Shown here piece after piece: positions 58,372-64,000 of a stretch of DNA of 64,000 bases (the stretch's first letter is position 1; the number at the start of each line of letters is the position of its first letter). Source of the stretch: Gammaproteobacteria bacterium (GTDB lineage Bacteria; Pseudomonadota; Gammaproteobacteria; Pseudomonadales; Pseudohongiellaceae); NCBI GenBank assembly GCA_029244985.1, contig JAQWQD010000010.1:155828-219827 (forward strand), written 5' to 3'. The notes below the pieces were generated by a model. That model did not search any database. It was not told the DNA's origin and worked only from the letters and a program-made list of their open reading frames with translations. Position numbers and translations under genes: made by a program.

Positions 58372-59547
58372 TCAAGCCTGTTTTTTGAATGGTAATAAAG
58401 ATTCAGCTTCTGCTCGATAACGGTCGATGTGGCCGCGCTCATCGATTAAGAAATTTTTTATAGCCTCAGAAAAACTTTTATTCGCAATCCAGTGATTCGA
58501 GTAAGTATACATCGGCTCAAAGCCTCTTTGAATTTTGTGTTCTCCTTGAGCGCCGGAATCGAATGATTTCAATTTATTTCGAATAGCATATTCCTGACCC
58601 TGGTAGTAGCAGGTCTCAAAATGTAGAAATTGATAATCCCTTCTACTACCCCAGTAACGCCCAAAAAGTTTTTCTTCATTCTTAAAAAACAAGGCAGCAG
58701 CAATATCTTGACCCTCTTGCACCGCGTTAATTAATAACAGTTGCTCTGGCATAGAAATAGCAATGGCTTCAAAAAAATCCCTTTCTAGGTATGCCTCCAT
58801 ACCCCTCATTAAATAAGTAGACTGGTAAAATAAATAAAAATCTGCCCATTGTTGTTCTGAAATTTCTGCACCCTCTGTAATGCGAAAGGAGATCCCTTGC
58901 TCAATGACATGTTTGCGTTCTTTGCGAATCGATTTCCTTTTACGGGAATTAAACGTACTAAGAAAATCATCGAAGTCAGTATAGTTCCTGTTATGCCAAT
59001 GAAACTGAGTTCCTATTCTTGCTTGTACTCCTAGCTTCAATAATTCCTCATGTTCTTTTTGCGTTGGGAAAAGCACATGCCATGAAGAGGCGCCAATAGC
59101 TTCTGCTTTCTCTTTTATCATTTCTATAATTATTCGAATGATTTCTTGGCGATCAAGGTCTGGCTCGATAAAAAGCCTGTTACCAACAGAAGGGGTGAAG
59201 GGAGAGGCTGTTACGAATTTAGGGTAGTAGTTTAGCCCGTGGCTCTGGTAAGCATTTGCCCACGACCAGTCAAATACATATTCACCCCATGAATTGGTCT
59301 TCAGGTATAGAACCATTACAGCTACAGTTTTAACTGTATCGCCATCCGAACCCCGGTTCTCGGATTTTTGCCTTAAGCAAACATGTTGTGGTTTCCAGCC
59401 CGTTTTGAAGGTAGTGCATGCAGTTGACTCTAGCCCATACAGAAACTCATAACGCATGAAAGGGTTTTTGGTGCCGGCAAGCCTATTCCAATCCTTGTCT
59501 CCAATCTCAGCAATGGAGTCGACAAAAACTAATTCTAACTCTGGCAT
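58372..59547 (-). CDS. DUF482/GNAT-fold (FemAB-like) acyltransferase family protein
   Basis: W..L.....PF..YEFL..LE.S.C....TGW.P.H, YYPK.V...PFTP..G.R and GRYWG.....FLHFE.CYYQ..E.AI match the COG3146/DUF482 family. Confidence 0.8.
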   Translation of the reverse strand: MPELELVFVDSIAEIGDKDWNRLAGTKNPFMRYEFLYGLESTACTTFKTGWKPQHVCLRQKSENRGSDGDTVKTVAVMVLYLKTNSWGEYVFDWSWANAYQSHGLNYYPKFVTASPFTPSVGNRLFIEPDLDRQEIIRIIIEMIKEKAEAIGASSWHVLFPTQKEHEELLKLGVQARIGTQFHWHNRNYTDFDDFLSTFNSRKRKSIRKERKHVIEQGISFRITEGAEISEQQWADFYLFYQSTYLMRGMEAYLERDFFEAIAISMPEQLLLINAVQEGQDIAAALFFKNEEKLFGRYWGSRRDYQFLHFETCYYQGQEYAIRNKLKSFDSGAQGEHKIQRGFEPMYTYSNHWIANKSFSEAIKNFLIDERGHIDRYRAEAESLLPFKKQA

Positions 59548-59617
59548 TCGATTTCTATTGGCCTGGGTTTGCTAAATTCAGTAGCATGGTATCTACAATC
59601 AATGTTACAGGTGTCAA

Positions 59618-60475
59618 ATGAATTCACCTAATCTGATTCGACGTATGGCAGATAACCAACAATCGCTTCGTAAATCTGAAGCGAAAGTAGCTACTTATGT
59701 TCTTGCTCATGCTAATGATGTCATAAAAATGCGGATAGTCGATTTAGCAGCACAGTCGGAAGTAAGTGAACCTACAGTCATTAGATTCTGCCGTGCAATT
59801 GGCTTCGATGGTTTTCAGTCTTTTAAGTTACAACTAGCACAGCAACTTGGATTAGGTTCTGTTTATACTCAGTTCGCGGTGGATGATAACGATACCGTTG
59901 CTGATCTTGGCAACAAAGTGTTCGATACTACGATAGGGTCCTTGCTTACTGTTAGAGACGAACTAAACCCTGAAGTATTAGAACAGGCTATCAACACTAT
60001 CAGTAATGCGCGTCGGGTTGAGTTTTATGGCTTTGGCGCATCTGGGTCTGTGGCTGCCGATGCCCAACACAAATTTTTTAGATTACAACTTTCTACGGCT
60101 GCCTATACAGATCCTCATATTCAGCATATGTCTGCAATTTCCTTAAGTACCGAGGATGTAGTAGTGGCAATTTCGCAATCAGGAGAAACTCAAGCCTTGC
60201 TGCAAAGCGTAAACCTTGCACGCGAAGCAGGTGCTACGGTAATTGGGGTAGCACCTCAAAACACTTCGATTTCACACCAGTGCAGCATTCCCATCTATGT
60301 AAATATGGAAGAAGATCTACAGTCCTTTACGCCGGTGTCGTCTCGTATAGCACATTTGGTGGTTATTGATGTGCTGGCAACAGGAGTTGCCAGACACCGT
60401 AAACCTTTATTGAAGGAGCATTTAAAACGCTTGGAAAAAAGCCAACGAGCATTGCGTACGCCTGGCGCCGAGTAG
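59618..60475 (+). CDS. RpiR/HexR-family transcriptional regulator (HTH_6 + SIS domain)
   Basis: LRKSE.KVA.YVL......I.M.I.DLA....VSEPTV.RFCRA.G.DGFQ.FKL.LAQ, then a SIS domain (FYGFGASG.VA.DAQHKF). HexR-like, but the specific ortholog cannot be proven by eye. Confidence 0.85.
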   Translation: MNSPNLIRRMADNQQSLRKSEAKVATYVLAHANDVIKMRIVDLAAQSEVSEPTVIRFCRAIGFDGFQSFKLQLAQQLGLGSVYTQFAVDDNDTVADLGNKVFDTTIGSLLTVRDELNPEVLEQAINTISNARRVEFYGFGASGSVAADAQHKFFRLQLSTAAYTDPHIQHMSAISLSTEDVVVAISQSGETQALLQSVNLAREAGATVIGVAPQNTSISHQCSIPIYVNMEEDLQSFTPVSSRIAHLVVIDVLATGVARHRKPLLKEHLKRLEKSQRALRTPGAE

Positions 60476-60715
60476 GTCATTATATGCTCGGCAGTCATTA
60501 ATAACTCTCAGGCCATTCGTGAAAAGTTCTAATCCAAATTCCTAAAGTCCCAAAAACTAAGAAACTATACAGAGAGAATTTTTTTCTAAAAAATAGCATA
60601 AACTCCCATAAAACCGCTGTGACAAGCGCGTAAACTAAAAAGTGGTACACTGACAAACTTTCAATGACATGGTTGCTTACTCAGATTTTCCGCAACTACT
60701 TTAGGAGATATTTTT

Positions 60716-61009
60716 ATGATTCTCGTTAATTTACAGCTAAAGATTAAACCAGAAGTTCACAAAGAATTTCTAGAATGGTTCCACTCTATTCTACCCGACA
60801 CTCGCTCATATCAAGGCTGTTCAGGATTATACTGTTGTTCATTAGAAGGAGACGCTGATGCAATTGAAGTCGTAAGTAAGTGGGAGAGCAAGTCTCATTA
60901 TGATGATTATTTGAATTGGAGGGATGAGTCAGGAGACTTAGTTACTTTAGGCGATTTTCTGGCCGCCGATCCAGTCTTTAGGTTTCTCTCTGTGAATCTT
61001 GAACTTTAG
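60716..61009 (+). CDS. ABM-domain (antibiotic biosynthesis monooxygenase-like) protein
   Basis: 97 aa. The alternating beta-alpha pattern with ...GC......E.....I..V.KWES...YD.Y..WR is typical of ABM/quinol monooxygenase-like proteins. AGGAGA lies 7 nt upstream of the ATG. Confidence 0.65.
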   Translation: MILVNLQLKIKPEVHKEFLEWFHSILPDTRSYQGCSGLYCCSLEGDADAIEVVSKWESKSHYDDYLNWRDESGDLVTLGDFLAADPVFRFLSVNLEL

Positions 61010-61155
61010 ATTTTGCTTTGACTCTAGATTACAGTGGCGCGAGACATCAGTGACTTAATCTAAGTCGTCTAGCGCCTATTTGCCATTTTCTTTATCGCTT
61101 TTGTAATGGGCCCTATTCCAAAGTAAAGTAGTGGAATAAGGCATTAGAAGCAAAA

Positions 61156-61485
61156 TTATGTATTGTCTTTAATCAAACTTGTTTCCATATGATAAATCTG
61201 CCCATCACGCCAGAGCTGTACTATAGAGACTTGTCCACCAAAGAATTGTCCAGCAATTCTCTCACGAGTTACTGCACATTCATCATTTTCGTATATGATT
61301 CTGAATTCAGACGATACCGTTTCTTCATCGAGAACCATTGCAGTAAGCTCTTCCTCGACTTCTACTCCCCTTAAGGTTCTGTCCTCATGAAGCATTATCA
61401 TTACTGCGTCTTCCGTAAACATGGCTTTCACGCCATCTAAGTCCTTGGCATCCCACGCTACCTGCAATTTTTCCATATTAGTCAT
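61156..61485 (-). CDS. NTF2/SnoaL-like fold protein
   Basis: 109 aa. AWDAKDLDGVKAMFTEDAVM and ....IVQLWRDGQIY resemble SnoaL-like cone-fold proteins. Confidence 0.55.
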   Translation of the reverse strand: MTNMEKLQVAWDAKDLDGVKAMFTEDAVMIMLHEDRTLRGVEVEEELTAMVLDEETVSSEFRIIYENDECAVTRERIAGQFFGGQVSIVQLWRDGQIYHMETSLIKDNT

Positions 61486-61750
61486 AATTCCACCTTCTTT
61501 ATTGGGTTTGCATTGATATTGGAATCTAGCAAGTAAACTATGTTTGAAGCTAATTCAATACCATTAACTTTGCTTAGATACAGTCTTTTTATTCCACCGT
61601 GACAGAGTAGTGGAGATAGGTCGTTCTTCTGTTAACTCTATTCATGCTACTCATTATTTAAAATTCTCGGTAAAGATTACCACGAATCAATTGCACTTTT
61701 ATTTTAGGAACAAGGTTCCGTTTTTGAATAAAGAAGTTTCGAAGATCGTG

Positions 61751-62176
61751 TTAGGTGAAAAGTATTGCTAGGAAAAGACAAATTGTTATTGAAGATATAT
61801 TGATAACTGCCCTGATAAAGAAACCGAACTTGCTGTAACTAATATTTAAAGATTTTGAGATGCTCATAAAGACTCCCATCATGACAAACCAAATTGTCAG
61901 GAAGTTCTGCCAACCTAACCCCAATAACCCGATTGCTAAATCATGGAGTGCACCACTTGCCGCAAAAGTAACAATCGACGAAATTGATTTAGGTAGATAT
62001 CTATTAAGTGGTGAGTAGATATATTTAGACAGATAGAAACCCCAAATTGGGTTCCAGTACTTCCAAAACAAAACATTGCTTTCCGCACCAAATGAGTTTT
62101 CAAGATTTTTTAATAGTGACCCCTTGGCACCAAGGGGTACCCCATTTCTTTTTAAGACATATTCAGATAATGTCAT
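61751..62176 (-). CDS. Small polytopic membrane protein, MBOAT_2-like (tentative)
   Basis: FWKYWNPIWGFYLSKYIYSPL........IVTFAASGALHDL recalls the C-terminal His-containing core of MBOAT-type acyltransferases. At only 141 aa it may be a fragment or a stand-alone module. Confidence 0.45.
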   Translation of the reverse strand: MTLSEYVLKRNGVPLGAKGSLLKNLENSFGAESNVLFWKYWNPIWGFYLSKYIYSPLNRYLPKSISSIVTFAASGALHDLAIGLLGLGWQNFLTIWFVMMGVFMSISKSLNISYSKFGFFIRAVINISSITICLFLAILFT

Positions 62177-62202
62177 GCTTCAATTTAATTCTGCACTCAA
62201 AC

Positions 62203-64000
62203 TTACTCGACAGTGACCGACTTGGCTAGGTTTCGGGGATGGTCTACATCAGTGCCCTTTGTAATCGCCACGTGATAAGACAAGAGCTGTAACGGTACGG
62301 TAAAGACGATTGGGGCCAGGATTTCAGGACAATTTGGGACATTTATCACTTTGGAGCTTTTATCGCTTTCAAAGCTAATACTTTCATGGGCAAATACATA
62401 TAGCTTCCCACCCCGTGCACTTACCTCAGAGAGGTTTGCTCTAAGCTTTCCCAGCAAATCATTGTTAGGGGCAACAGCAATAACAGGCATTTTGCTGTCC
62501 ACCAAAGCCAAGGGGCCGTGTTTAAGCTCTCCGGCAGGATAGGCTTCGGCATGAATATAAGAAATTTCTTTGAGCTTTAATGCACCTTCTTTTGCTACTG
62601 GGTATTGAATACCTCTACCCAGAAAAAGACTATGGCTCTTGTTAGAAAATTGCTTGGCAATTTTCTTGATTTCTTTGTTAAGGTTCAGTGCCTTATCAAT
62701 TAAAGTTGGAAGTTTGCCTAATTCCTTAACAAGCTTAGCTTCGTGGCTTGGCTTAAGCCCAGTTCTGCGAGCTAATACAATGGCCAATATTAAAAGAAGA
62801 GCGAGCTGGGTGGTAAATGCTTTAGTTGAGGCAACACCAATTTCTCGGCCGGCCATAGTGAGTAAACAAAAATTCGATTCTCTAACTAGGGAGCTAGTGG
62901 CGACGTTACAGATAGCAAGATTAGCTACATATTGTTTCTTCTTAGCATAGCGCAACGCAGCTAAAGTATCAGCAGTTTCACCTGACTGAGAAATTGTGAC
63001 AAATAGGGTGCCAGGTTGAACGATTATATTACGATATCTATAGTCACTTGCTATATCGACTGCACAAGGAATTTTAGCAATCGTCTCTAACCAATATTTA
63101 GCTATCTGACCGGCATGAAAGCTTGTACCGCAGGCAACTATTTGCACATTCTTAACATTATCAAATATTTCGCCTGCATTTACACCAAATGCCTGCTCCA
63201 AAACTTTAGTTTTGCTTACACGGCCATCTAAAGTGTCTTTAATCACTTTTCCCTGCTCGTAAATTTCCTTGAGCATAAAATGTTTATACTCGCCCTTCTC
63301 TGCGTCTTTAGTACGAGACTTTACAGTTGTAACTGAGCGTGAAACTTTTTCACCGTCATGCCAAATTTCTATATTATCTAGGGTAACTTTAGCGACGTCT
63401 CCTTCTTCAAGATAAATAAATCTGTCAGTAACCTGACCTAGAGCCAACGGGTCGGATGCAACAAAGTTCTCTCCAATACCGATACCAATCACCAAGGGCG
63501 AACCGCTTCGCGCAACAACGATTTGGTCTGGGAGAGTTTTATCAATGACGCACAGACCATAGGCGCCCTCGAGTTTTCTAACGGTTTTTCTGGTGGCATC
63601 TACCAAACTTACTTTGCCGCCTTTGCGCTCTTTATGAATTAAATGAGCAACCGTTTCGCTGTCCGTTTCTGTTTTAAAGCTGTAGCCGTCTTTTTTTAAT
63701 ATAGCTCTAAGTCTTTGATAGTTCTCTATAATACCGTTATGGGCAATGAATAATTCTTTTGCTGAACTGTGAGGATGGGCATTCGCGACCGTTGGTTTGC
63801 CATGAGTGGCCCAACGAGTATGTGCGATGCCTAGATTGCCTCTCAGCTTTGCTTTAGTCATAGACTTAACAAGCTTCTCAACTTTTCCAACAGTTTTTAA
63901 ATCACTCAGTTTCTCACTATTGCTATTTAGCAAAGCGATACCCGCCGAATCGTAGCCGCGATATTCAAGACGCTTTAGACCTTCAAGCAAAATGTCTGAC
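62203..64000 (-). CDS. glmS: Glutamine-fructose-6-phosphate aminotransferase (N-terminus, about 15 codons, lies beyond the window end)
   Basis: LEGLKRLEYRGYDSAGIA, GIAHTRWATHG.P...NAHPH, two SIS domains and the C-terminus HPRNLAKSVTVE. The reading frame stays open to nt 64000. Confidence 0.95.
   Translation of the reverse strand, partial: SDILLEGLKRLEYRGYDSAGIALLNSNSEKLSDLKTVGKVEKLVKSMTKAKLRGNLGIAHTRWATHGKPTVANAHPHSSAKELFIAHNGIIENYQRLRAILKKDGYSFKTETDSETVAHLIHKERKGGKVSLVDATRKTVRKLEGAYGLCVIDKTLPDQIVVARSGSPLVIGIGIGENFVASDPLALGQVTDRFIYLEEGDVAKVTLDNIEIWHDGEKVSRSVTTVKSRTKDAEKGEYKHFMLKEIYEQGKVIKDTLDGRVSKTKVLEQAFGVNAGEIFDNVKNVQIVACGTSFHAGQIAKYWLETIAKIPCAVDIASDYRYRNIIVQPGTLFVTISQSGETADTLAALRYAKKKQYVANLAICNVATSSLVRESNFCLLTMAGREIGVASTKAFTTQLALLLILAIVLARRTGLKPSHEAKLVKELGKLPTLIDKALNLNKEIKKIAKQFSNKSHSLFLGRGIQYPVAKEGALKLKEISYIHAEAYPAGELKHGPLALVDSKMPVIAVAPNNDLLGKLRANLSEVSARGGKLYVFAHESISFESDKSSKVINVPNCPEILAPIVFTVPLQLLSYHVAITKGTDVDHPRNLAKSVTVE

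Overview
The window is a contiguous chromosomal segment of a moderately AT-rich gammaproteobacterium. The assignment rests on slmA, rpoH, waaC/waaF, the rpoZ-spoT-ridA-recG block and the rsmD/ftsYEX/rpoH block. About 90% of it is coding. I saw no rRNA, tRNA, CRISPR array or intact IS element by eye. Layout: (i) 1-2583, LPS-core genes waaG (partial), waaC and waaF on the minus strand. (ii) 2917-18482, a block of 13-14 same-strand genes, many closely spaced or overlapping, almost all encoding envelope proteins of unknown function. This block is the one non-housekeeping region. It is built around a MotA/ExbB-type proton channel (9410-10222). Beside the channel are two paralogous proteins whose N-terminal TM helix looks like ExbD/TolR, including the membrane-embedded Asp, but whose periplasmic part is a coiled coil plus a vWA/MIDAS domain. 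The block also encodes a cytoplasmic Hsp70-fold protein with degenerate ATP-binding motifs, a PEGA-repeat/FGE-sulfatase-fold membrane protein, TPR-like and lipoprotein components, a Ser-rich disordered lipoprotein, a secreted protein with a TonB-C-like end, and an M48 protease. I consider this a candidate undescribed PMF-energised envelope system. (iii) 18715-64000, mostly conserved housekeeping genes: hydantoinase A-like, mutM, coaD, rsmD, ftsYEX, rpoH, trmB, cmoAB, rpmBG, coaBC, PMM/PGM, argB, slmA, pyrE, rph, yicC, gmk, rpoZ, spoT, ridA, recG, ubiA, gcdH, uvrD, a TRAP transporter, yaaA, an RpiR/HexR-like regulator and glmS (partial). Smaller oddities in this part are a Y1-transposase-like/DnaA-C fusion with a degenerate HUH motif, an 840-bp ORF-free gap where radC usually sits, and no dut between coaBC and the PMM/PGM gene. 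All domain calls come from reading the supplied translations and my own hand translations. No database search was run.
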